A stretch of DNA of 58,302 bases from an uncultured Planctomycetaceae bacterium. GTDB lineage: Bacteria > Planctomycetota > Planctomycetia > Planctomycetales > Planctomycetaceae. The stretch is from assembly GCA_963977705.1 (NCBI GenBank), contig CAXBSH010000001.1, forward strand, positions 1 through 58,302, in the 5' to 3' direction. Every line of letters starts with the position of its first letter. Positions within the stretch are counted from its first letter, which is position 1. The position numbers and the translations under genes were made by a program. The notes beneath the pieces are model-generated. The model was not told the DNA's origin, made no database searches, and saw nothing but the letters and a program-made list of their open reading frames with translations. Positions 17,541 through 28,200 of the stretch are shown piece by piece.

Positions 17541-18134
17541 TCAGGAATCGGTTGTTTTGGCTGGTGGCGGGGCGATGGTTGGTGGGGTCTGACGGGTTCG
17601 TGGCAGTACAGCCCAGGCAAGTGCCGCGCCTGCGGCCGCACCGAGCGAGTGTCCATCCCATGACACATGTGAGCCTGCGGTGGGAAACAGTCCCCAGAAC
17701 AGAGGGCCAAACAGCACGGGAACGAGCACCGCGGCGGCGATGGAAAGTGGTCGTCGTTCATGGAAAGCAGCTGTGATTAGCCATGCAGCAACGGCATAAA
17801 TCAGGGTGCTGGCGCCCATGTGCAGTCCTTCCCGACCAAGCAGCCAGACAAGAGTCCCACTGCAGATCCACAGGCCGGTAAGAATTCGGCCCCAGCGTCG
17901 CTGGGTGGTCTGCAGCATCAACAGCAGTGCCGTCAGTGGAATTGTGTTGCCAAGGATATGATTCAGATCCTGGTGCAGCAGTGGCATCGTTGCCACTCCG
18001 ACGAGCCCCGAAACTGAGCGAGGCTGCAGCGCCAGAAAGCGGATATCGACGACTAGGCTGACCATCCACGCCACCCAGAGCAGGCCGATAAAAACAAGGA
18101 CTCGCCACAGATCGCCCCAGAGTTTACGAATCAT
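17541..18134 (-). CDS. rhomboid-family intramembrane serine protease
   Basis: 197 aa, polytopic. TM2 'HILGN' (HxxxN), catalytic-Ser motif 'GASTLIYAV' and His motif 'GHSLGAAAGAALAW'. Confidence 0.7.
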   Translation of the reverse strand: MIRKLWGDLWRVLVFIGLLWVAWMVSLVVDIRFLALQPRSVSGLVGVATMPLLHQDLNHILGNTIPLTALLLMLQTTQRRWGRILTGLWICSGTLVWLLGREGLHMGASTLIYAVAAWLITAAFHERRPLSIAAAVLVPVLFGPLFWGLFPTAGSHVSWDGHSLGAAAGAALAWAVLPRTRQTPPTIAPPPAKTTDS

Positions 18135-18143
18135 TGGTGATTC

Positions 18144-20066
18144 CTACAGTGTATCCAGCAGGTTCAGCAACAGCTGGATCTGGTGATCTGTGAGCGGTTC
18201 ATTGGGGTTATGGTGAGCAGATCGCAGGACATCTTCCAGCGTGGCTGCACGACCGTCATGGAAGTAGGGTGCCCTCTGGCTGACTCCACTCAGGCTGGGA
18301 GGGTTAAAGCGAGTTTCACCCTGTTCATCATGGATGCCGACGTCATAGATATCAGCACTGGTCAGGGTTCTGCCGGCATGGCAGTTTGTGCAGCCGACGG
18401 TTTCGAAAACGCGCCGAGCTTCCTGCAGAATCCGGGGGTCAGGAAGTCGGTTTCCGGCAGTGGCAATTCCGGGTGCTGGCTGCAGTGTCCGCAACCAGGC
18501 GGCCAGCGGCTGGACGGGCAACTGTTCAGTGCTGATCTGTGATTGCATTGAAATCAGCAGTGATGTGTGAATCTGGTCCTCCAGATGTTTCCTGGCGCCA
18601 TTCCAGGCCCAGGGGCCAGCAGCAGCTGATCCGAGGAGCGAGATCACTTTTTTCGGTGCACCGCGGTCTTCGTCGCCGAATGTGTCTGCCAGCATGCCGT
18701 TGGTGTGGCCATCGGTATGGCAGGAGTGGCAGCTGTACCAGCCATCAAGGGAAACCTGAGCGTTGAAGAAGGTCTGCTCACCGATATCTTCTTCCGTCAA
18801 TGATCGCATCGTTCCGAGGGCAACAGTGGCTTCGATTGCAGCCGTGTCTTTGCCGAAGGCCAGCACGGTCAGTGAATCTTCAAATCGATTTGCAATGAAG
18901 GCACGAGACTGGTCTGCTGACAGACAGAGAGCTTCAGGTCGCCTGCCCGTGGTGATACGCTCGAATGGCAGATGGCTGGCCATACGAAACGCAATCTGGC
19001 TGGTTCCCGAGAGCACGAGTGCGGTAACGTCACCGGAGGTCACGACGATAGCACCCGGATCCCCTGAACCTATTGAAGGTGTTCCGAGCGGATATCTGGA
19101 AGCACCAGGACCGTCCTGTCGTGCGTAGGCGGGGGCTGCTGCCGCGGCTTCAGATTTCACGGCATAATTGCCACCCTGCTGAAATTCGCTGCGTTCCTGG
19201 ACACCTTTTACAAACGATGGCTGAGGAGACGAGGAGAAGAGTGTGTTGAGGGGCAGCGAGTGCAGCCCGTTCTGCATCAGAACGCCCCAGAAAACGCGTT
19301 CGTAGGTTGTGAATGTGCTGGAGTCCAGTGTCTGGCAGGAGACAAGCAGGGAGTTTGTGCGGGGATTGACCGCCAGCCCACGGATGTTATGACCGTGCAC
19401 GGAAAATTGTTTCAAAAGTCTGCCGCTGGTGGCATCGAGTGCTGCGAGGTTTCCTCCGAAACTGTCAGCCGCTATGACAGTGCAGCAGTCAATAAACAGC
19501 AACCTGCGCGGACAGAATGGAAGAGAAACACTGGACTGCAGCCGGACTGTGCCCGAGGAGTCAAGAGTGAGCAGGGAAACGGTGCGGGACCAGAGTGAGG
19601 ACACTGCAACGAGCCCACCATCACTACTGACGGCAAGATCCACAGGATTTGTCGGCAGGCTGTGCTGGCTGTTCAATAGAAGTTTGCTCTGCGACAGATC
19701 TGGTGTCATGACCAGCAGACGGCCGGCGGATTCATCTGTTGCGATGAGGAAACGTCCGTTCGATTCGATGGCACTGAGCGTACCGCCAGTACTCCATTCC
19801 CCGATGACGGTGAGTGTTTTCTGATCGATGGCTGTAATTGAGCCGGTGCGGGAGTTGGCAGTGAACACGGCAGATCCATGGGACACGACATCCAGCGGTG
19901 TACGCAGTGTGGGTGTTGTGCGATCGATGCTTTGCAGAGGAGACGGTTCTTCCGCAGCAGCTTTGTCAGCGACGGGTGCGGTTGCAAAGACCAGCAACAG
20001 TATCAACGCTGCGTAAATTCGCGAACGATGACAGGGGATTGAGCGGGCTGGGCGTGATGGCTGCAT
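18144..20066 (-). CDS. di-haem cytochrome c peroxidase (CCP/MauG family) with N-terminal beta-propeller-like domain
   Basis: 640 aa; signal peptide 'IYAALILLLVFATAPVADKAAA'. CHSCH lies at 18717-18731 and CTNCH at 18378-18392. The 'PSLSGVSQRAPYFHDG' C-terminal CCP motif is present. The first ~430 aa are beta-rich repeats. Confidence 0.85.
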   Translation of the reverse strand: MQPSRPARSIPCHRSRIYAALILLLVFATAPVADKAAAEEPSPLQSIDRTTPTLRTPLDVVSHGSAVFTANSRTGSITAIDQKTLTVIGEWSTGGTLSAIESNGRFLIATDESAGRLLVMTPDLSQSKLLLNSQHSLPTNPVDLAVSSDGGLVAVSSLWSRTVSLLTLDSSGTVRLQSSVSLPFCPRRLLFIDCCTVIAADSFGGNLAALDATSGRLLKQFSVHGHNIRGLAVNPRTNSLLVSCQTLDSSTFTTYERVFWGVLMQNGLHSLPLNTLFSSSPQPSFVKGVQERSEFQQGGNYAVKSEAAAAAPAYARQDGPGASRYPLGTPSIGSGDPGAIVVTSGDVTALVLSGTSQIAFRMASHLPFERITTGRRPEALCLSADQSRAFIANRFEDSLTVLAFGKDTAAIEATVALGTMRSLTEEDIGEQTFFNAQVSLDGWYSCHSCHTDGHTNGMLADTFGDEDRGAPKKVISLLGSAAAGPWAWNGARKHLEDQIHTSLLISMQSQISTEQLPVQPLAAWLRTLQPAPGIATAGNRLPDPRILQEARRVFETVGCTNCHAGRTLTSADIYDVGIHDEQGETRFNPPSLSGVSQRAPYFHDGRAATLEDVLRSAHHNPNEPLTDHQIQLLLNLLDTL

Positions 20067-20294
20067 GGGCTGACTTCAGGCAGATACAAGAATTTGCGGC
20101 ACAGACCTGCCGGCATAATAACGCACCTTTTTTTGCATCAGTCCGAAATTCCGACGGAATTTATCCGGAACAGGATTAAAAAAAATGGGAGTGCATGTGG
20201 TGGATGGGGCGGCATACTGTGTGGTATCGGTAGGGTTGTGTTCGATTCGTGTGTTTTTCGTTCAGACGCAGGCTGGCAGAGGGGCAGGGCGAGT

Positions 20295-21008
20295 ATGTCA
20301 GAAACTGGACAAATCCTGCATCGGAATCTGATGGCGGTGCAGTCGCGGATGCGAGCAGCCTGTGAACGTTCGGGTCGGGATCCGAGGACTGTGCGGCTGG
20401 TTGCCGTGACGAAGTACGCTGAGCTGTCGTGGGTTCGGACGCTTGCGGGGATGTATACCGTTTTCGGAGAGAATCGACCGCAGCAACTGGCGGAACGGTC
20501 CGAGTTACTGCCGGCGGAATGGCATCTGATTGGGCATCTGCAGCGAAACAAGGTGAATCTGGCCGTACGGCATGCATCGCTGATTCATTCCGTCGACTCG
20601 CTCAGACTGCTGGAGGCGGTGTCGGACTGTGCGACAGAAAACCATCGTCCTGCGGTGCTGCTGCAGGTCAATGTATCGCGTGAGGCTTCAAAGACAGGCT
20701 TTGCTGTAGAAGAGTTGCCGGGGATCTGGGAGTCCATAGTGGCGTATGCGGGGCGAGTTGAGATACGAGGGCTGATGACGATGGCGGCTGAGTCGGCAGA
20801 TCCGGAGGAGGCGCGCCCGGTTTTTGCAGAGCTGCGTCGTTTGCGGGACCGCCTGAGCGAGGCAGCGGCGACGCACGCGAGTGGAATTTGTCTGAATGAG
20901 CTATCGATGGGTATGAGCGGGGACTTTGAACCTGCGATCGAGGAGGGGGCCACGCTGATACGGCTTGGGAGTCTGTTATTTGAAGGTCTGTCGAGTACGA
21001 CGGTCTGA
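20295..21008 (+). CDS. yggS: YggS-family pyridoxal-phosphate homeostasis protein
   Basis: 237 aa from ATG 20295. Motifs 'VRLVAVTKY' (PLP lysine), '[10 protein letters not shown]' and '[27 protein letters not shown]'. The track ORF starts 67 codons upstream. Confidence 0.9.
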   Translation: MSETGQILHRNLMAVQSRMRAACERSGRDPRTVRLVAVTKYAELSWVRTLAGMYTVFGENRPQQLAERSELLPAEWHLIGHLQRNKVNLAVRHASLIHSVDSLRLLEAVSDCATENHRPAVLLQVNVSREASKTGFAVEELPGIWESIVAYAGRVEIRGLMTMAAESADPEEARPVFAELRRLRDRLSEAAATHASGICLNELSMGMSGDFEPAIEEGATLIRLGSLLFEGLSSTTV

Positions 21009-21226
21009 GCGTGGCTGGCAGCGGACTATGAAGCGGCAGTTCCTGCCGGTAGTGAACAGACTGACGTGATGTTTCCGTTTGGCGCGAAAGTTCGAGTGAT
21101 TCGTTTTCGGAAGAATGTCGCGAGAATGCCGAAGACACCAGCGGGGGAACTTTTTGCGCCGGCAGAGGTCCGTGCGCCGGGTGGCAGGCTGCCATCCGTG
21201 GGGTGGGCAGCAGCAGCGGAGGCGCC

Positions 21227-22276
21227 ATGGGGACGGGATTGATGCGCTGGGAGCGATTTATCGCAGGTCTTCTGGCCTCCGGTCTTTGTGTGGGAGGTGT
21301 GGCAGCGGATGAAGAGTGGCTGCCAACGACACTGGTTCCCGAGGAGACATTGATCAGTGAATCTGAAAGTGTTCCGGCAGCCGATCAGATGTCGGACATG
21401 GAATTCAATCGTCCGATCACCGAACCGGCGGAGCTTTTCGGTGATGCTCCTGATGCGGGGTGTGCGGATGTCTGTGGTGAGCTGCCGATTTCACGCGGTC
21501 GTCAAGGCTGCTGGCAGGGGGCAACATTCATCAGCAGCTACATACATGATGATTCCAGTACGGGTCTGGCTATCGGGGGACTGGATGTCTCTTCAACGTT
21601 TGCTGTGCCACTGGGAAGTTACGAGAACATTCTGCTGCTGACACCGTTGTTTCGTGCGGATTTTCTGAATGCAGCGGCGATTTTTGACTTGCCATCAGAA
21701 GTCTATGAGACGGGAGTGCGCGGGCTCTGGAGGACGTCGCTGACCGATCGTCTGAGTACGATGGCAATTGTTACTCCCGGTGTCAGGACAGATTTTCAGA
21801 ACAGCGACAGTGCGTTTCGCCTGTTTGGGATGGGATTGCTGACGTGGCAGACGATTCCGGACAAGTTGTCACTGTCGGGAGGTGTTGTATACACGGGGCG
21901 AGACGATTTTCCTGTGCTGCCGGCTGTGGGTCTGCTCTGGACTCCGACCACGGAATTGAAGTTTGATATCCAGTTTCCGTCACCCAGAATTTCGTATCGT
22001 CTGGCGAAGGATGGCCAGAGCAGTGAGTTGTGGGGGTATCTGTCGGGTGTGTTTGGTGGCAATACGTGGTCAGTCCAGAGAGCGTCGGGTGTGAATGATC
22101 AACTGACGATTCGGGATCTGCGATTGATGCTTGGGCTTGAGAACCTGCTGCCAGAGAATCGATCGGCATTTATGGAATGCGGACTGGTCTTCGATCGTTC
22201 GTTTGCATGGCAGGACAGCACAGAGGATACGCCACTGGACAGTACGTGGATGCTGCGTGCCGGGATCAGTTTCTGA
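21227..22276 (+). CDS. putative outer-membrane beta-barrel protein (family not identified); paralogue of 47904-49064
   Basis: 349 aa from ATG 21227, with GGAGG at 21218-21222. Signal peptide 'MGTGLMRWERFIAGLLASGLCVGGVAA'. It shows an alternating beta-strand pattern and a C-terminal aromatic residue ('LRAGISF'). Shared motifs with the paralogue: 'RDDFPVLPAVG'/'RDDFTALPVFG', 'FPSPRISY'/'FPRPRIEY' and 'GGNTWSV'/'GGTWDI'. Confidence 0.7.
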   Translation: MGTGLMRWERFIAGLLASGLCVGGVAADEEWLPTTLVPEETLISESESVPAADQMSDMEFNRPITEPAELFGDAPDAGCADVCGELPISRGRQGCWQGATFISSYIHDDSSTGLAIGGLDVSSTFAVPLGSYENILLLTPLFRADFLNAAAIFDLPSEVYETGVRGLWRTSLTDRLSTMAIVTPGVRTDFQNSDSAFRLFGMGLLTWQTIPDKLSLSGGVVYTGRDDFPVLPAVGLLWTPTTELKFDIQFPSPRISYRLAKDGQSSELWGYLSGVFGGNTWSVQRASGVNDQLTIRDLRLMLGLENLLPENRSAFMECGLVFDRSFAWQDSTEDTPLDSTWMLRAGISF

Positions 22277-25200
22277 CGTTTCCGGGAACTGCGGAAGACC
22301 GTTCAGGTAAGGCAGCGGAGGCTTCTGAGTGTGTGCCTTCCATTTGTCCTGCGGTGACTCTGAGTACTGAGTTATCCACAGTGATGACCGTTGTAAGGGT
22401 GTAATCGGCGCGGACTGTGGCGCTGGCGGACATCACAGCCAGCACCATGACGAACATGGCAACACCGATTGGGATGATGGTGGTCAGTTCGAGGTGTCTG
22501 CGAAAGGAAATCGTCACAGGGTCTGTGACTGTTCTGTGCAATCGAATGGTGCGTTGTCCGGCATCTGTGGTTTTGCGATTCAGAAAAAGGGAAACAGACT
22601 CAGCAAGGGACCCGGAAAGTAGTTCTGTTGTGGCCACATTCTGATCTGGTCGGAATGCCGAGTTTCGTGAGAGCAGGCTGATGCCTGTACGCAGATCCTG
22701 CTCCAGCAGCAGTTGTTGCTGTTCACTGGTCAGGGTTTCGACTGTGGGCGCCGTTGAGGGCATCTCACGAAGTGGCGAAACGATCCAGAGATGCTGTCGC
22801 TGCTGACTGTTTCGTACAAAGGGCACTGTGAACTGAATTCTGGATTGTCCTGGGTGTTCCGGGGCCAGTCGTCCCAGCCAACGGAGCCTGATCTGCGTCA
22901 GATTTGTGGTGGAGTTGACGATCAGGCGTCGGCGAGTTGCATCTTCCCAGTTGACTTCGACACCGTTTGGAAGTTCGGTAATCGCCACGTTGTCCGGGAT
23001 TTCCAGAATACAGGTGAAGGGTGCCGTCCGACTGAAAACGAGGTACTCTGTTTCTGCTGCCGGAGACTGTCCGGGAATTGCAGATATGACGGTTGCAGAG
23101 ACTGCGACGAGGCTGTTTCCAGGCCCTGAGTCCGGGTCTGCTGGTGCTGCTGCGATTGGCAGTTGAATACGACTGCCTGCAATGAGTGCTGCGGCATCAA
23201 ATCGACCTGCCGATTCGGCACTGCGTGCCGCTGGTGCTGCGAGCAGAGTTCTGTCAATTTCTGTGGCCCATGAGGGCAAGCGACTCTCTGCTGACCGACT
23301 TTCTGTTGACCCATTGAATACGAACATATCGGTCCACAGAATTCGATCGGAGATCAAAGGCCAGTTGAGGCTGTATGGCTGTGCGTTGGAAGCACTCTTT
23401 CTGTCTGGCAGTGGCAGGCTCCAGGTAACCGTGAATTCGGACTTCCCAAACAGCGTTCGGATAGCGGCACTGTCTGGAAAGAATCGGCCTGCCGTCCGCT
23501 GGAGTGTCAGCTTTCCCGGATCCAGAACGACGGCCGGCTCACTGACGAATTCCGTGTTATCAGGGAATGTCATTTCCAGTGGACCGAGCGCTGCAGGCCA
23601 CTGTGACAGTCGTACGGCAAACTGCATTCGATCAGGGAGCCACCACGCTGCCACGGCACCGAGTGGATCCACGGGGGTTTGTCTGGTGAGACATATCGGG
23701 CGAGTTTCACCGACAACCGTAAGCCTGAGTGAAACTCCTTTCTGCAGAGCGTCACCCGGTTTGAGTGGTGGATCTGAAACGGAGTCTCCGGTATCGGAAA
23801 AGGCGAGTCCGCTGCCGGACTGATCAGTCAGGATCAACGATGATTCGAGGATTTGAGAGTTTTCAAGTGTGGGGGCAGCCAACTGGATCTCTGAATCGTC
23901 CGGGAGCAGAGTCCGTGAGCCCTCGAGAGTGATTGCATGCAGCCCGGTGGTACCTTCGCGGAGCAGTAGAATGACCACGTTGCCCTGGCGATGCCAGGAG
24001 GCCAGTCGATTGGCCTCACCGGCAGAAACTTCCACCTTACGGACTACGACCTGTTCAGGAACTGTGATTCGATGGCGAAAAACTGCAAGTGTGGAGGTTT
24101 CAACGTCCATCCGACAACTCCAGTTCATGTTCTGTTCTGCGAACGTGCATTCCTGCAGGATTCTGACTTCGTTAGTAGCCGCGCGATCGGGAGCCGTGAC
24201 GAGCAGGCTTTCCGTGCTTTTACCTGTTTCGAAGATCAGGTCGGAGCGTCTGAGCCATGGGCCCCAGCGTGCTGAGACGTCAGCGAAGCTGAGCGGAGTT
24301 GCGGCACTGCGGTCGGGTGAGTAGGGGGCAAAAATAGAACTGGCTCGCAGTGCAAGAATGCCTGTATCTGCGGGTTTACAATCGTCGAAATGGTTCAACT
24401 GGTGAATCGGGATCACCTGCTGTTGCAGTGGTATCGCTCGTGTTGATCGCAGTTGCAGGTGCAGGATGAAATCTGCTGGCACAGCGCGAGGGAGGGTGAT
24501 GACTGCTGACTGATTTTCCACAGACCACAGCAGGTCGGGGCTCTGGAGGCCAGCGGCGGCTGAAGCTGAGAGCAGGCGGAATCCTTCCGGGATGTGGTAT
24601 CGGATTTCGGGACTGAGCGGATTCCAGCCAACGAAACGGCAATAGCAGCTGAGGTTCTGAAGTCCGGTCGTGTTTTCTGCGACCGTCATCACTTCAACAG
24701 TGGCGAGCTTCGGGCCACGACGTTCGAGATCCGTCTGCAGCAGCCTGACATCGATACCGTCACCATCTGCCAGACCATTGAACTGGACAGGACCGTCTGC
24801 GGGATTCCAATGCAGAATTCCGTCAGCGGTCTGCAGGCGGGCTGTGGAAAACAGGCCCTTTGGTGTTTCGATTCTGATTTCGGAGTCCGGTCCTGGTGGT
24901 GTCGGGAGGCGAAACTGTAACCCGGACGGCTGTCGCACAGTCGTTGGCCGCAGTCGGCAGATGACAACATGATCCGAGAATGCGGCAACTTCATCAGCTG
25001 GCTCGGCACGACCACTGGGAGCGGTGACAGCAATCGGGATTTGCGGTACTGCGCGAGAGGCCGGAATGGGGATTGAGATCTGTTCGGGAAGCTCAGGGTC
25101 CGGAAACACCTGCTGACCATCGACTGTGCAGTCAACGAGGCGAGCGCCACGAATCGGCAGGCTGAGTGCAGCGGCCTCGTCGCCACTGGGTACAGAGACG

Positions 25201-28200
25201 TTCAGTTGCAGTTCCAACTGAACAGATTCCGTGGTTTCTGCGGTGACCAGTGCGCGAACCGAGCGGATGACTGCCGAGGGCTCCGGTGAACGCTCGCTCT
25301 GCAGTTGCCGCAACTGTTGCAGATAGCTGCGCCGGATCCACGTCATCGGCGAGTTCTGAGGTAGTGTTCGAAGTACTGCGTCGTCAGGAAGGGTGGCAGC
25401 TTCAGGGGCGGGAGCTTGCCCGGGGTTCGGGGTTTCCTGAGCAGATGTGGACTGAGACAGGACGGCGAACAGCAGAACAAGGCTGTTCAGCACGGGCGTT
25501 CTGCTGAAGCTGCGTAAGTAGCGGACCAGTCCTCGCGCCGACATGATCAGCAGCAGTCCCGCAGCATTTCCCCAGAACGCTCCCTGCAGTGCAGCCTGCA
25601 CGACGGGTGGCAGATCGAATACTCCAGCCAGCGAGAGCAGTATAACGGGCAGGGCAGCGGCCGGAGGATTGCGCAGCAGCATCGCGGAGCAGGACAAGCA
25701 CAGGCCGAAAAAGACCACACCCATTCCGGCTGCGACAATCTGTCGGCGTTGTTTCTGAGTCACCTCAAGCTTCAGCAGGGAACCATTTCCAGCGGGTTGA
25801 ACAAGCCATGCGTAGCTCCAGTCGCGACTGCGGGTCAGTTTCCACAGCAGTTGAAACTGCAGTGTGGTGGCATGTGGCCCGGAAGTGAGCGATGTTGGCG
25901 CGTTTGCAGGGCTCGCAGCATCGTCACTGTCACTGAAGACAAGTTCAACGGGTTCCGGGGCTGTCGCAGCTTTGACGACACGGAACTCAGAGGTGGGCAA
26001 TTCGGGCTCCAGCTCGGGTGCAATCAGCAGATGGTGGACAAACTGGAGGCCACTGCCGTCGACGGATCGAACTCTGGAAAGCACCACACGACTGCGGATG
26101 TTTTCAATTGGACAAAGTTCAGGTTCCCATGCCAGCACGATGCGACAGCGATCCCTTGAATCAGGAATTGGTATTTGCAGTCCGGTCGGGGTAATTGTTG
26201 CAGCGACTCGACGGCCATCTACCAGTACATGTGGCTGTGTCTGGTCAGCATCAATCTGCAGACTTCCTCCGCTGCGACCTGAAACGTCCACGACTGCCAG
26301 CATCTGGTGTTCGACAAGTCCTGCCCGCTCTCGTATCACGTGATAGTTGGCGACGTCGGCCGACTGCGCCGTTGCATCGATTTGCTGGCGCAGTCGTTGG
26401 ACGACAATCGGCTGTGGCAACGCGGGCAGCGTCCAGCCGGCGTATTGCTCATTACTGATGTAGTCCGGATGTTCTTCAAGTCCCACCACCTGCAGAATTT
26501 TCAGATCAGAGCGCGGGACTGTCATTACTGCGCCTGCCACTTCTGCTTCGGGCAGGAATGGAATGGCCGCGATGAATTCGCCTGCGATGGTTCGGCGAAT
26601 GGAACCACTGATTCGCAGGGTGGATTCAGCTGCAGCAGCCGGCAGTGCAAAGACAGCATCACGCCAGAGATTTTCATTGCCGGCAACTGCTCGCCATGCG
26701 GGCAGGACTGCCTCGCCATTGATTTTCCAGCTGAGCTCGTCGGCGAACTCGGACGCGAGGCGAATGACCATGGAGGTTCGGTTGGCAGTGGCCGCGAATT
26801 CCACCTGCAGGTCTTCCACAATGACACCTTCCCCATCAGTCCGCATCTGATGCTTGACATCGCATTTTGCGGGCTGAACTTCCGCAGGAGGTTGCGTGAG
26901 CGTATCACCGGCGAAGAAGCACAGCGTGTTTTCGGGCAGTCCGTTGGCGGGGAACCACGGTGCATCTGAAAGGAAATCAGGGATGGAGGCAGTCTGCTGC
27001 CCTGTCGTCCAGCGGGCGGGCAGGCGGGATTGTGTCTGGGATCGCGGCGAATACAGCAGCCACGAGGAGGTGCGTTCAATACCTGCGGAAACTGACAGTG
27101 GTGGCTGCAGCCGTGCAGGGTCGGCATGCTCCAGTTGCTGCAGCCGCAGTTCGATGACTCGCGATGTGTCTGGTTCCAGTGTTTCCGGCAGATGCACCGT
27201 CAGCATGGAGCTGGCATTCAGTGCCGCTGCATCCGTGCCATCGGCGGTGGGCTGCTCAAAGTAGAGGACACGAGCGTCGGAGGCGTAGCGGGCCGCGACT
27301 GTCTGCCAGCCAGGTGAGATTGGCCATTTCAGTTCGATGACAGCGGCTTCGGTGCATCGAACATTGATGAAGCACCGAACTGCGGCCAGTTGGCCAGCGG
27401 GTTCCATCACAGTGGCAACAGCGTCTGACAGTACAGCGGCTCGTGTGGAAGTTCGGATCGTCGCTGTTGCTGTACTACTGAACTGCGTCAGTTGGTAGGT
27501 ACGCGACTGGTCCGGTCCCGGTACGACATCACGCTCCTGCATTCCGTAAAGGGTCCAGTTATCAACGTTTACTGTTGCTGGAAGCGAAACACTGACGATG
27601 CCGGTTGGGCTGAGCAGATCTCCGCGGATTTCTGAGCTGCTTAACCAACGCTGCATTGAGAGTGCCGGCAGGTCCCACCGGTCTGCATCCGGGATGACGG
27701 ATGCGGCAGAAATCGTGAGTGACCCGGTGCTGCCTGATTCGGGAAGCTGAATTGCAAGGATCTGCTGGTTCTGGGCGAGGCGGGCATCCCACTGCAGGGA
27801 CCGATTTTCATCGGTTTTTACAGCTGTGACTCTGGTGTTCGGACTCAGTTGAGCGGTCAGCAACGTCACGCCTCGAATGTTCTGAGGCAGGCCGATTGTC
27901 CAGCGGGATGACATGATGTCGCCGTTGAGGACGTGGCTGGCTGAGAATGCTGTCAGTGCCAGCGGTTCTGAAGTCTGCAAACTGGTGGTACGACGACAGG
28001 AGAAGGCGATGCGAGCGGGTTCAGCAGCATGCAGTTCCCAGACCAGTCCGGAGTCTGCTGGCTGTGGTCCGAGTACAAGGCAACCCAGTCCTGTGACTTC
28101 AGTTTCAGCGGGGGTTCGTAACTGGAGTTGTGTCGCCGTACTGGCTGGCAACTCAAGACGGAAGATCGTGGTATCTCCGGAAACGAGTCCATCAGCTGTC

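Noticed and set aside
17459-17761. A 101-codon N-terminal extension of the ABC exporter ORF that overlaps the 3' end of the rhomboid gene by 221 nt.
   Set aside because: The extension is Pro/Cys/His/Arg-rich, which is typical of out-of-frame GC-rich sequence. The exporter's recognisable sequence starts at Met 102 (17458). The rhomboid frame carries family motifs through this region.
20240-20248. A tRNA T-loop-like GTTCGATTC in the spacer between the peroxidase gene and yggS.
   Set aside because: The flanking bases do not form a T-stem, and no acceptor or anticodon arms can be drawn. I found no tRNA-like cloverleaf anywhere in the window by eye.
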